From: Mobula hypostoma
Lineage: Eukaryota
Direction of reading: 5' to 3'
Length of the DNA stretch: 64,000 bases
Assembly: GCF_963921235.1 (NCBI RefSeq)
Contig: NC_086119.1
Coordinates: 22,072,001-22,136,000, forward strand
Under the pieces are notes generated by a model. It was not told the origin of the DNA. It did not search any database and was given only the letters and a program-made list of their open reading frames with translations. Of this stretch, positions 1 through 12,007 are shown in pieces (position 1 is the first letter of the stretch; every line of letters begins with the position of its first letter). The position numbers and the translations under genes were made by a program.

Positions 1-3000
1 CTTTCAGGAAATGTCATAAAAACCTGTGATTCTGTAACTATAACGTCATTATTTTGGCAATTCAGTTAATCAATCTGATGGGCCAGCCTGACTTGAAGAG
101 AAAAAGAAGCTTTAAATGACCGCGCTGGGGCAATTTCTTCATAATCTGTGGATCTCAGGAGAAGAAATTCCATTATTCTTTCAAACAAATTGCACTTTAT
201 CCATACACTTCCATTGTTTATGATGTAATCTGTCAATCACTTTTCTATGTACAGAGATATTGTAACAGCGATTTTCTGATTCTACTAAACAAAATTCAGC
301 ATTTCATACACCTGGTAGTATAAAGGCATCATCTGAAATATTGTTGGCTTCAGAATTCAAAGGAAAGTTTCTGAATTGTTTCTCTACTATTTCATTTAAC
401 AAAGATAGAAAAGTAAAACAACTATTCTGAAAAGCATAAAAGGAAGGAAATCAACTTTAAATTTACTCGCAAACACGAAGAAATCTGCAGATGCTAGAAT
501 TTCAAGCATCAAGTATCAACACATAAAAGTTGCTGGTGAACGCAGCAGGCCAGGCAGCATCTCTAGGAAGAAGTACAGTTGACGTTTTGGGCCGAGACCC
601 TTCGTCAGGACTAACTGAAAGAAGAGATAGTAAGAGATTTGAAAGTGGGAGAGGGAGGGGGAGATCCGAAATGATAAGAGAAGACAGGTGTAATTTCTTC
701 GGCTCTTCAACTTTTTGACCACATTTTCACTCAGACTCACTATCACAGCCATATATCCTTTCTTGGAACGTGTCTCCGCCGCCAACTTACTCCAGTTGGC
801 TTTAGGATTCGTTTGCGAGCCTCTCAATTTGGACCTTCTGAGGATCCCAGGTACTCACATTTAATTGACTCTGCCTCCCGTCGCTTCTCCCGTCAAGCTC
901 TGAAGGCGATCCTCTCCGTTATGAGGCTCCCTAGGCCTCCTGTCCCATGATCCTCTCATATCCCTTTTGCCAATCAACTGCCTAGCTCTTGGCTCCATCC
1001 CTCCCCCTCCTGTCTTCTCCTATCATTTCGGATCTCCCCCTCCCCCTCCCACTTTCAAATCTCTTACTAGCTCTTCTTTCAGTTAATCCTGACGAAGGGT
1101 CTCGGCTCGAAACATCGACTGTACCTCTTCCTATAGCTGCTGCCTGGCCTGCTGCCGTTCACCAGCAACTTTTATGTGTGTTGCTTTAAATTTACTCAAT
1201 GATTCACCTTCTGTCATAACGAATTTCACAGATTTACTGCCCTCTGGCTGAAGAAATTCCTCTTCAGCTACATTTTAAAGGAAAATTTCTTTATTCTGGG
1301 GCTATACCCTCAGATCCAAGATTCTCCTGCTGATGGAAGCATCCTCTGTATGTCTGCTTTATTCAGGTCTTCCAGTGTCTGGTAGATTTCAATGAGATCT
1401 CCGATCATTCTTCTGAATTCCATCAAGTGCAGACCCAGAGACATCAAACACTATTATACAAATGAGAGGTACGTTCTCCACTAAATCACGGGTTCAAAAA
1501 GGTGTTCGAAAGTAAAGGATTAGTCCGGAGACAATTTGTCTAAAATATTAACGTAAAGGATTACTGTCTCAAGTGTTCTCAGAAGATGAGGTAAAAGGAT
1601 TAGAATTTATATTCAGTGATGAGTTGACTATGGTCACCACTGGCCTACAAATAAAATAATAACTTGCCTTGTGCAGCTCTGTGGATAGGAAATGGCTGAG
1701 AGAAGCTAGATGCAGTAATCTCATCAAGGCCCCTACTATGACAGGGCCATCCACAACATCATCACCAATTTGGCTGTCAACACTGACAAAACATTTGAAT
1801 GTTTCAATTTTCTGAATTATTTGGGCAGGGATTTGCTTTGTTACTGGGCATCAAAAAGTATGTTGAGCTAAAATATCTTTTACTAATGCTAGGTAATTTA
1901 AAATTAATGTTAGATAAAGTGTGTAGTTGTTTTACTGACAGTGTAAATGCTCAGTTTTTCAAACTTGTGTGCACCCAGTCTGCGAGAATTCATTACTGAT
2001 GGTTCAATGTAGCACCTTAAGCTACATTTCAATATCCAAAATATCAAAAAATATTTACCAAATGGTCAACATCATACTCATCTAATTCTGGGTTGAGTCC
2101 TGCAGAAGCACAAACTTTAAAGTTGACAAAGAAATTTTACCAGAAATGAACAGGCATCAATAATTATTATCAACGAAGTGTCTGATTACTGGGTGGCTAC
2201 TTGTTTCTTTGCAAATCCTCACCTCAGTACAGCCTTGCCACGTGGACCAAAAGACCATAAGACATAGGAGCAGAATTAGGCCATTCACCCCATCAAGTCT
2301 GCTCCATTATCCCATGATGGCTGATCCTAGATCCCACTCAACCCCATACACCTGCCTTCTCGCCATATCTTTTGATGCCCTGACCGATCAGTAAAACAAT
2401 CAACTTCCACCTTAAAATATACACATGGACTTGGTCTCCACTGCAGTCTGTGGCAAAGCATTCCACCTCCTTAACTCTTCTAAAAGATCACCCCTCAATT
2501 TTGAGACTGTGCCCTTTAGTTCTGGATGCTCCCACCATAGGAAAAATCACACCCAACCTATCTAGTCCTTTCAACGAGATCCCCCCTGCATTCTTCTAAG
2601 TTCCAGTGAGTACAGGCCCAAAGCTGCCAAATGTTCCTCATATGTTAACCCCTTCATTTCTGAAATCATCCTCATGAACCTCCTCTGGACTCTCTCCAAT
2701 GACAACACATCCTTTCTGAGATATCGGGCCCAAAACTGTTGACAATACTCCAAGTGCGGCCTGACTAGTGTCCTATAAAGGCTCAGCATTATCTCCTTGC
2801 TTTTATATTCTATTCCCCGTGAAATAAATGCAAACATTGCATTTGCTTTCTTTACCACAGACTCAACCTGTAAATTAACCTCGGGGCGTCTTGCACGAGG
2901 ACTCCTAAGTTCTTCTGCACTTCTGATGCTTGAACCTTCTCCCCATTTAAATAATAGTCTGCACTATTGTTCCTTTTACCAAAATGTATATTCATATATT

Positions 3001-5585
3001 TCTGAACACTAAACATAGACTAATTATGTTAAGTCTTACATTCAACACACACAAAAAATGCTGGTGAACGCAGCAGGCCAGGCAGCATCTATAGGAAGAG
3101 GTACAGTCAACGTTTCGGGCCGAGTCCCTTTGTCAGGACTAACTGAAAGAAGAGATAGCTTCACTATCTCTTCTTTCAGTTCACCCTGACGAAGGGTCTC
3201 GGCCCAAAACGTCGACTGCGCCTCTTCCTATAGATGCTGCCTGGCCTGTTGCATTCACCAGCATTTTTTGTGTGTGTTGCTTGTATTTCCAGCATCTGCA
3301 GATTTCCTCGTGTTTAAGTCTTACATTCCTAGGATCATTCTTGTGTACCTCCTCCGGAGGATCTCTAGGGTGAGCATATCCTTCATTAGATTTGGTGTAC
3401 AAAATTGCTCATAATATTCCAAAATCTGCTCGACCAAAGCCTTATAAACTTCAGCAGTACATCCTTGTATAAAGCCTCAGCATTACATCTTTCCGAATAC
3501 ACATAGTTTAATACTGATAATCAGTTATGCAGAGATGTCTTCCTAAAGACGTAATTTGAAGTCTTATTCATGTAGCTTAGTATTATATAAATATTTTTAT
3601 AACTTTTAAGTACAATTGTTGCTTTATCATCTGCCATAGAGTATAGTAAGGTAATGGATACTTTCACCAAGCTTTTGGGGAAGGTTGGCACAAATCCGTA
3701 TTTTCAAAAATTGCATTAGACTCTTCCATTATTACATTTATCACAATACAGAGATATATCTAAATAGAAATGAGACAACTTATCCTTAGTCATATGAGCC
3801 CTATGGACCACTTTAAATTGTAGGAGAGAGTGGCGAGCACCTAACGATGAAGTGTTAACCAATTTAAAAATTTGATTCCAAGTTTCCTCAGAAATTGAAG
3901 TCTGTAAATCTTGTTCCCAAAGATTTTTAATTTTATCTAAAGGAACACTTCTCATTCCCAGCAGCGTATTATAAATATTAGATATAGATCCATTACAAAA
4001 AGGTTTCAAATTAAAGATTGCATCTAGTAGATTCTTATCAGGACTTTTAGGAAGTGTACTTATTTGAGACCGTAAAAAATCTCTTATTTGTAGGTATTGA
4101 AAAAAATGAGTTTTGGGTAAACTATATTTAGTTGACAGTTGTTCAAATGAAAGAAGACCTTTCCTCTACAAGCAAATCCTGAAAACATTTAATGCCTAAT
4201 TATCCCATTCTTTAAAAGCCATATCAATCATAGAGGGTTTAAAAAAATAATTAGAAAAAATGGGACTTGAAAGAGAAAATCTCAATAAGCCAAAGTATTT
4301 TTGGAATTGTATCCAAATTCTCTCAGTGTGTTTAACTACCAGATTATCAGTTAACTTACTCGGAGACGAAGGGAGTAAGGATCCAAGAAGAGAAGTAATA
4401 GAGAATTTATTAACAGAGTTAGCTTCTAAAAAAACCCACATCGGGCAATGGTCACGATTTATGTAATATAACCAGAATGTAAGATTTCTTATATTAACTG
4501 CCCAATAATAAAATCTAAAGTTTGGTAAGGCTAATCCTTCATTCACTCATTCATATGTTTCGGATATGCCAGAGTCTTGGAAAATATTGGAAAGAAGTAT
4601 TTCAAACTTTCTCGATACTTTTTAAAGTAAACTTTAAGCCTAATCCTTTGCGTGCTTTATTTGGTATTGTTGGAGGAAAGGATATTATTTTGGAGTCATC
4701 TGACTTGCACATTTTGGCTTTTATGTCTCTTATGGCCAGAAGGACGCTCTTGATTAAATGGAAAGATGCGGCCCCTTCTATTCACTCCCAATGGTTACGT
4801 GATGTGATGTCATGTTTACGTTTAGAGTAGATTCGATGTTCGATCTCTGAATCTAGTCAAGACTTTCAAACATTGTGGGGACCTTTTCTGAATTACTTTG
4901 ATTTGCTGTTAAAGCACAGATGATGACTAACAATTTTTTTCTTTCTTTCCTTTACTAATCAGCTTCGGTCTTGGTAGTGGGTTAGATTTTTTTATATAAT
5001 AAAATTACTATATTTCAATGTTACAAATTAATTAACTTGTATGAATATAGGGTAAGGAGTCTTTATATGCAATCTAGTATAATATATTGATATATTTTTT
5101 TCCTGTATTCTATATTCTTATATGTAAATTAATTAATAAAAAATATTGGAAAAGAAAGACTCTTCTAAGTTATGGAATGTATTAACGTGTGCCTGATATA
5201 TTCAAAAGCCAGAGCTTGTTGATGTTTAATGAACTAGATACATCACTACCACTCTTAATACATCTTTAAAATAAAAACTGAAATGAAGTTTGTAACAAAT
5301 TCAATTCGGTATGATATTAACAACATACATTTTAACATATTCTGAAGTTAACACTTGTTTTTATGACGCCTTGCCGATATTATTAAACTACAATGTGACA
5401 GCACCAAAAAAAGACTCAAATAATTAAGGTTATTCACAAAATCCAGAGGAGCTTGTTCCATTAGCTGTACTATTCAATGAAATCAAATGAATATGAATAT
5501 CCATACCTGAACTCCCAATGCCAAAGTGGAAGGTCACAATACAACTTAGCGCAAAAGTAAGGTTCTTAATGCTCCACTGAGCCAT
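1..5585 (-). CDS. 5' part of a multi-exon signal-peptide protein, otoancorin/mesothelin/stereocilin-family-like; truncated by the window edge
   Basis: Predicted exons 5585-5507, 2099-2059, 1811-1668 (GC donor), 426-312, 229-93 and 23-<1 splice in frame (phases 1,0,0,1,0). Protein: MAQWSIKNLTFALSCIVTFHFGIGSS GLNPELDEYDVDHL KIETFKCFVSVDSQIGDDVVDGPVIVGALMRLLHLASLSHFLSTELHK NSCFTFLSLLNEIVEKQFRNFPLNSEANNISDDAFILP DYIINNGSVWIKCNLFERIMEFLLLRSTDYEEIAPARSFKASFSLQ VFMTFPE... In-frame TGA just upstream of the ATG; hydrophobic N-terminus; sequons NIS and NGS. Family call is by eye from recalled otoancorin sequence. Confidence 0.6.
469..1183. mobile_element. Penelope-like element remnant: inverted pLTR, short internal open frame, pLTR
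   Basis: pLTR on - strand (469-~688) and on + strand (~925-1183); 14-bp TSD ctttaaatttactc at 455-468 and 1184-1197; internal open frame HIFTQTHYHSHISFLGTCLRRQLTPVGF... Confidence 0.8.
2251..2990 (-). mobile_element. CR1 LINE 3' fragment
   Basis: ORF 2571-2858 (KANAMFAFISRGIEYKSKE...LYRTLVRPHLEYC...LERVQRRF) is the CR1 ORF2 C-terminus. Confidence 0.85.
3044..3313. mobile_element. Palindromic pair of Penelope-like pLTRs
   Basis: About 115-bp inverted arms around a 5-nt loop (agatag-cttca-ctatct); TSD ttaagtcttacattc at 3029-3043 and 3314-3328. Confidence 0.85.
3727..5156. mobile_element. 5'-inverted (twin-primed) L1-clade LINE fragment
   Basis: - strand segment (~4540-3727) encodes GLALPNFRFYYWA...HRAHMTKDKL...CDKC; + strand segment (~4540-5156) continues SLIHMF...WK and then 3'UTR and A-rich tail; flanking repeat agactcttc. 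Confidence 0.8.
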
Positions 5586-6722
5586 TTTTCACGAATAGTT
5601 AAAGAATTTATGAAACACCAAAGGATCTTGATTACTCCTAATAAAATTCCAAAGCTAAACCAAGTTCTAGTGGACACTGCACCTTTATGAAAATTATTTT
5701 ACTTTTTACCCGGATAGTTTTCTAGTGGCTTGCTTCAACTGCTTTGCAAACAATAGACTGCCTCAATAAAACCATACCAGATATATATATATAGGATGAC
5801 ACCGGAAAGAGTCATGACTGGATCAGAAACTTCAATCACCAAATTTTATACATAATCTTTTAACATCAATGATTCAATGATTTTTTATAACATCAGTAGA
5901 TTACTTTTGGATTGCAGCATTTATATGTCACCATTTTCATTTTATGGTTGAGGTCAATAAAGATTAACAACTGAACAAGGACAGGAGGTTTACTTATCAT
6001 TGAATCAATCAGTGTTTAAATGTTACTACAGCAATGTACTTATATTTATTTTGACAATATGATCTTGTTACTTTGCTGAATAAATATTTTCATCACAAAA
6101 TTACAAGCAACAAGTAGATTTTAATGTAATCACAATTTAGCTCTAACATGCTCATCTGTACAATAAAAGTTAAATATTCAACTAGGTTTTATGTGAAGGT
6201 AAATCCATAAAAGTACTTTCTGATTGTAAAAGAAAATATCAGTAAAAAAATTTATTATTTGCCTCAACTTTTCTCCACAAAATAATATGCAACGTGTGAA
6301 TTCCTTTAGTTGACATCAGTTAACTGTTATGTTTCTTTGTAATTACTAGTTGGTTGTTTACAGAAGTAAGCATGGTCTAGAGGAAATAGTTTAAAAAGCA
6401 GAACAGTCTCTGTAAATATTAACTAAAAAGTGTAGAAGTGCAAACCAAAAGTTATAGATAATTAAACTATAAATCAAAGGAATGAGAAACTAAACTGACT
6501 TTAATCAAGTTGGTACTTACGTGTATGAATAAATATTTAAAGGGGTGGAATGAAGACTATGTTGAGAAGCAGCTTATCAAGACTACTAATCCCGAAAGAC
6601 AAATTGTAATCTTCAGAGTCACTTACTAAAGAGACGTACGCAACAGAAACAGAAAGGAGAATTCTATGCATTATAACTCTGGAATATTGCACATACTCTT
6701 AAAAATCAATCTAATATAAAAT

Positions 6723-6917
6723 TTTGGATCTCCTTCTCCCCCTCCAACTTTCAAGTCCCTTACTCACTCTTCCTTCAGTTAGTTCTGAGGAAGGGTCTCG
6801 GCCTGAAACGTCGACTGCGCCTCTTCCTATAGATGCTGCCTGGCCTGCTGCATTCAGCAGCAACTTTGATGTGTGTTGCTTGAATTTCCAGCACCTGCAG
6901 AATTCCTGTTGTTTGCG
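6723..6917 (+). mobile_element. Penelope-like pLTR fragment
   Basis: Same repeat as 925-1183, including the 3' tail. Confidence 0.8.
6781..6816 (+). ncRNA. Minimal type-I hammerhead ribozyme motif (best-preserved copy)
   Basis: AGTT-CTGAGGA-AGG(gtctcgg)CCT-GAA-ACGT-C-GACT: stem I, CUGANGA core, stem II, GAAA, palindromic ACGT stem III, UC cleavage site after 6812. Confidence 0.7.
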
Positions 6918-8642
6918 TAAAATAAAATTTATTTAATTTTGTTAATTGTCCTAGTTGGAGAATTTTATTAAATCTTCTAAATTCCTAAATTCAGCTCAAC
7001 CCCTTATATGTTTAATTTTCTGTATTTTTTCGGACTAGGTATAGCCCCACTAAACTTAGACTTACAGCAAAAATTGTTAAAGGATATAATTTCCTCCCTA
7101 TGCTGGTCTATTCTAATTAAGGAGGCATTTCTCAGAAGACATTTTCACAACCCACCGGGCTTTAAAGAAAATATTCCATCTTTCTTTGTCATCCAAGGTG
7201 TTTTTGCTTTACTAGTGAGGCCATTACTTAACTCTAGAACTTTATTTAGAATTATTACTTGACTGAACAACAGGTTGGTTCAAATGTTATCAATTAAAGT
7301 GAACAAAAATCTCCCTGTTCTTTCATACAAGCTAAACTTTCAGGCACAATTGCCCTTTATACTGATTATTTACGCTAGGAAGGTGAGCACATGAGGTAAT
7401 ATGATTTGCACCCATGAGTCTGGGGAAGCCATGAACAAAGCCAAATTCAGAAGGCAGAAATTTTTCATTACATGTGCTAAATAAGTAATATTGTGACTTG
7501 CATGGAGCCAAATTTCAGAAGTAGAGTTTAGTGAGTAACTATTGATTGGTACATTTTGTCATTTCGGTCTGAGATCCTTCATTAGGGTCACAGCCTGACT
7601 TGTCAACTGTTTATTCCCCTCCATAGTTCTAGCATTTTGTGTGTGTTTTGCTAAAAGTTTTCAGCATCTGCAGAAGCTCTTGTGTTAACCACTGGTATTG
7701 GTACTTTGCACATTTGGTGCAACCAACAGAGAACAAAGTTTATCCCAAGAACTGTTATTCTCTGTAGTTCTATTCATTGAGGATGTGCAAAACAAATTTG
7801 TTCTGATAAAGGGAGCTGAGGAAACTTTCTTGATTTAGAGACGGGCAGCATGATTGTAATACCTGTCTGAAGTAACCTGTTACAATCTGGGTTGGTCTAT
7901 GACAAATGCTAAATAGTCACAACAATTTCGAAGATCAATTGACTTGTTCATTATAAAGCAAAAACTAACAAGCAGTGTTAAGAAATATTTACAAAGATAC
8001 TCAACTAAATTGTTAAATGATTTTGAAAAGAAAAGTTCACAAAGGAGCTCAAATTAGATTTATCAAATACGAATAACTTTTCATTCAAGTGATTATCTTT
8101 CTTGCTTCTATTTACACTGATGTTATGAAGGACAAAAATACTGAAATGTTTACTTGAATCAACCACAAATGTTAATAGATAAATCTGCATTCCTTTGGTG
8201 TTTGGAATTAAGAGATGTGATGTCATGGGTTGAAAATCAGTACAAGTCTTTTTATTATTAAGATTTTTATGGTTGTCAAATGATTCAATGCACTGTTGAC
8301 ACTGTTTAAAAAAAAGTCAAAATTACAGTGGATTCTTAGATTATTTTGTACATTTCTACATTTATAATCTAATGTTGGACCAAATTCATGAAATACTTAC
8401 AGCAGATAGAGACGGATCCGTTTATAATGTCTGCAAGAATAAATAGATGGAACTAAAATATACTGTTGTATTCATTCAAGACAAAAATAAATGCAAAACA
8501 GAGTTCTTGAAAGTATTTCAGAACTGTGTGAAGAGTGAGGCATTGCACTTTGGGAGAACAACTGGAGGTAAGTCTTATGTATTGAATAGTAGGGCTCTGA
8601 GGTGGCAGTCCTGAAGAAACGTCTTGGCCTGAAATGTTGACT

Positions 8643-9188
8643 TGTTTGAAATGCTGAGGATGTTCTACGAGTCTGTGGTGGCGAGTGCTATCATGTTTGC
8701 TGTTGTGTGCTGGGGCAGCAAGCTGAGGGTAGCAGACACCAACAGAATCAACAAACTCATCCGTAAGGCCAGTGATGTTGTGGGGATGGAACTGGACTCT
8801 CTGACGGTGGTGTCTGAAAAGAGGATGCTGTCCAAGTTGCATGCCATCTTGGACAATGTCTCCCATCCACTACATTATGTACTGGTTGGGCACAGGAGTA
8901 CATTCAGCCAGAGACTCATTCTACCGAGATGCTGCACTGAGCGTCATAAGAAGTCATTCCTGCCTGTGGCCATCAAACTTTACAACTCCTCCCTTGGAGG
9001 GTCAGACACCCTGAGCCAACAGGCTGGTCCTGGACTTATTTCCTGGCATAATTTACATATTACTATTTAATTATTTATAGTTTATATTGCTATATTTATA
9101 CACTATTCTTGGTTGGGGCAACTGCAGCGAAAATCAATTTCACTCGGGATCAATAAAATATGACTATGACTATGACTATGACTATGAC
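8643..9188 (+). mobile_element. Rex1/Babar-type LINE 3' fragment with (ATGACT)n tail
   Basis: MLRMFYESVVASAIMFAVVCWGS...SFLPVAIKLYN; AATAAA followed by a microsatellite tail. Confidence 0.8.
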
Positions 9189-9207
9189 TTTTCATTTCCA
9201 TAGATGT

Positions 9208-9506
9208 TGGCGCATGGCCAAGCGGTTAAGGCATTGGTCTAATGATCTGAAGGTCACTAGTTCGAGTCTCAGCTGAGGCAGCGTGTTGTGTCCTTGGGCA
9301 AGGCACTTAACCACACATTGCTCTGTGATGACACCAGTGTCAAGCTGTGTTGGCCCTAGTGCCCTTCCCTTGGACAACATCCATGGCATGGAGAGGGGAG
9401 ACGTGCAGCATGGTCAAATGCCGGTCTTCCATACAACCTTGCCCAGGCCTGCGCCCTGGAAACCTTCCAAGGCGCAAATCCATGGTCTCGAGACTAACGG
9501 ATGCCT
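9208..9506 (+). mobile_element. tRNA-derived SINE
   Basis: A-box TGGCCAAGCGG, B-box GTTCGAGTC, CORE-like GTGTCCTTGGGCAAGGCACTTAAC; second copy at 60310-60606. Confidence 0.8.
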
Positions 9507-9895
9507 ATATATATACAAACGTAGATGCTACCTGACCTACTGAGTTCCTCCAGCATCTTGTGTGTGTTGCTTTGGGATCTGAGGTGTGCTGTAGGAGCTG
9601 GGAATACAGATACATAATTCCTTGAAAGTGGCAGCACAGGCAGATAGGTAGTAAAGAGAGATTTTAGCACATTGGGTTCATAAATCTTGACACTGGATTG
9701 TTGAAGTTCTTCAAGAAGTCGGTGAGGCCAAATTTAGGGTATTGCATACAATTCTGGTCATATATCCAAAGGACCAATGTCAATAAGCTTGAAAGAGTAC
9801 AGAGAAAACTTATAAGGATATAGCTGGAGCTTGAGGGCTGAAGTTATCAGGAAAAGTTTAATAGGTTAGAACTTAATTCCTTGGAGTGTAGGAGA

Positions 9896-10439
9896 TGTTA
9901 GAGTGAGTTTTTTTGGGTAGATAATTTGTTTACACTTAAGTGACTCTGGCCACTAGACTTCTATTTGACAAAGTACTGTAGATTGAGTCCACAACAATGC
10001 GCTTCCTAAAAAGGTGTGAGTACCAGATGCTTCTGGCGCCGTAGTTTGACCTGATGCTGTAGTTTCGAAGACAGTATTATCTATACATTATAAATATTAA
10101 TTGTCTTCTATGTTAGCACGGGAAATGCCAAATAAATGTATCGTGGACTTAACTTGCATTCTTAAAGGGTGTGGATACCAACCCAGACACGTTGGCGTCA
10201 GAAGGAAAGGATGGTGTGTTATATTGTATGTAGCTTCAATAGGAAACATTGTCTATAACTTTTTAAGTAGCGATTTCCTTTGTGTTTAGCATATAAATAT
10301 CGAGTCCACATTGGCTAGCAGACCTTTCTACTGAAAGCGTCTCCGTCCGTATGATGCCTACTTGTTGTGTCGAATAAAGAAGCAGCTTTGTATCTACCAG
10401 TGAAGCTGTCTCTCTGGTGATTTCATCCGTGCTACAACA
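9896..10439 (+). mobile_element. Solo LTR inserted into a CR1 fragment
   Basis: TGTT...AACA termini, 5-bp TSD GGAGA (9891-9895 and 10440-10444), TATA-like and AATAAA signals; CR1 sequence resumes on both sides (~9590-10820). Confidence 0.8.
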
Positions 10440-12007
10440 GGAGATTAAAGGGAGTTTTGATGGATGTATACAAAATTATGAGAGGTACAGATAGGGTAAA
10501 TGCACGCAGGCTTTTTCCCCATGGATTGGGTAAGACTAGAACTAGGGGTTAAGTCTGAAATGGGAAGTATTTAAGAGGAAACTCTAGGGGAACTGCTTCG
10601 CTCAGAGGTTGGTCGAAGTGTGAAACAAGCTGCCAGAGGAAGTGGTAGAAGCAAGTTCAATTCTAACATTTAAGCGAAGTTTGGATAGGTATATGAATGA
10701 GATGGGGATAGAGGGATTTGATCTAGGTGGAGGTAGATTGGATTAGACAGAAGATCAGGTTGGCATGGACTGGATGTACTGACAGACCCGTTTATGTGCT
10801 GTAGTACTTTATGACCCTATAATTCTTCTCACAAATGAAGAAAGAGAGCATGGTTATTTAATAATAAATAAAAACAGGAGATACTGAACACACTCAGTAG
10901 GTCAGGCCATGTCTATGAAAGTGAAGCAACATTTTGGGCTCAGGACCTTTCAGTTAATACAGTATGTCTAATCAAAGACACTTCTCTCTGGATGTTCTGA
11001 GGAAGAACTCTTGATCTGAAGCATTAACTCAGTTTCACTTTCCACAAATACAGTCTCACTTCCCAGTATTTGCTTCTTTTTTTTTGGTTCAGATTTCCAG
11101 CACTTGTAGTTTGTTGATTTTCCAGTGACCCTTTATATTAGGTCATGCTTAGCCAACAGTGACAAATCCCATACAAATGCATAAATAGCACCCCAATTAA
11201 ATAAAGATTCTCAATCCTGAAGCAATTATTTATGCTGACATCTGTTTTAAAGGGTCACACCCATTTCATAAACTGTTAAAATTTAAGTTCTTTGGAGCAA
11301 TAAGAAAAAGGAACTTAAAGCAGACTTGTGACTTTTGAAATGGCATTATTCAAATATTGTTTGACTATACACATAGTGGCCACCTTATTAAGTATATCTT
11401 TACACCAGTATGCTAATGCAAATACCTAATCAACCAATCAAATTGTTATGTTTTAAGATGTTATAGTTCCCCTTCAATGGTGTGGGGCATAGAGTGCAAC
11501 CTGCAGGTTATGATGTTCCCTTATGCCTGATGCCTATTGCAAAAATGTAAATGCACACATTGTATTTTCTACAGTATTTACTATGTAACCACTGTTAGCT
11601 CATTAGAAGGTATTCACTATGCAGCCATGACTTTTGACCTGCTCACTATTAATTCATGAGAGAACTAGAATGAAATCAAGTAGAAAGATAACAGTGGCGG
11701 GTAAGATGATGAAGTATGTAGCAGTATGTCGATGCAAGATTAATTAAGAGATAACTGTGGTTAGGGATGAGAAGACATACAGTCTAAAATGTAAACTAGG
11801 ACATAATTAAGTTGGGGAGTAAAACAATAGTGGAAAGTCAAGAGCGAATATATTGATAATATGTTATCACAGGCCGATTGGATATGATAATGTAGCTAAG
11901 ATAGGAGAACTGTTATAAAAAATGCGATGTACAAGGATCGACGGACAATCAGCGACTAGCTCACTGACTGTCTCAGCTTTGATTTGCAAATTAAAGTTTA
12001 AAACTTC

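Noticed and set aside
530-1189. Recurrent short ORFs (MLVNAAGQAAS..., PDEGSRPETST...) as a peptide family
   Set aside because: They are incidental translations of the Penelope pLTR repeat.
1-1811. CSF1-like cytokine (VDSQ and DYEE...LQ similarities)
   Set aside because: Exon boundaries and cysteine pattern do not match CSF1; the otoancorin-like resemblance is more collinear.
1935-1979. Possible extra exon LGAHKFEKLSIYT of the left-hand gene
   Set aside because: It needs weaker alternative donors; the simpler 2059->1811 splice keeps the frame without it.
9208-9285. tRNA gene
   Set aside because: The tRNA-like head continues into a SINE body that is repeated at 60310.
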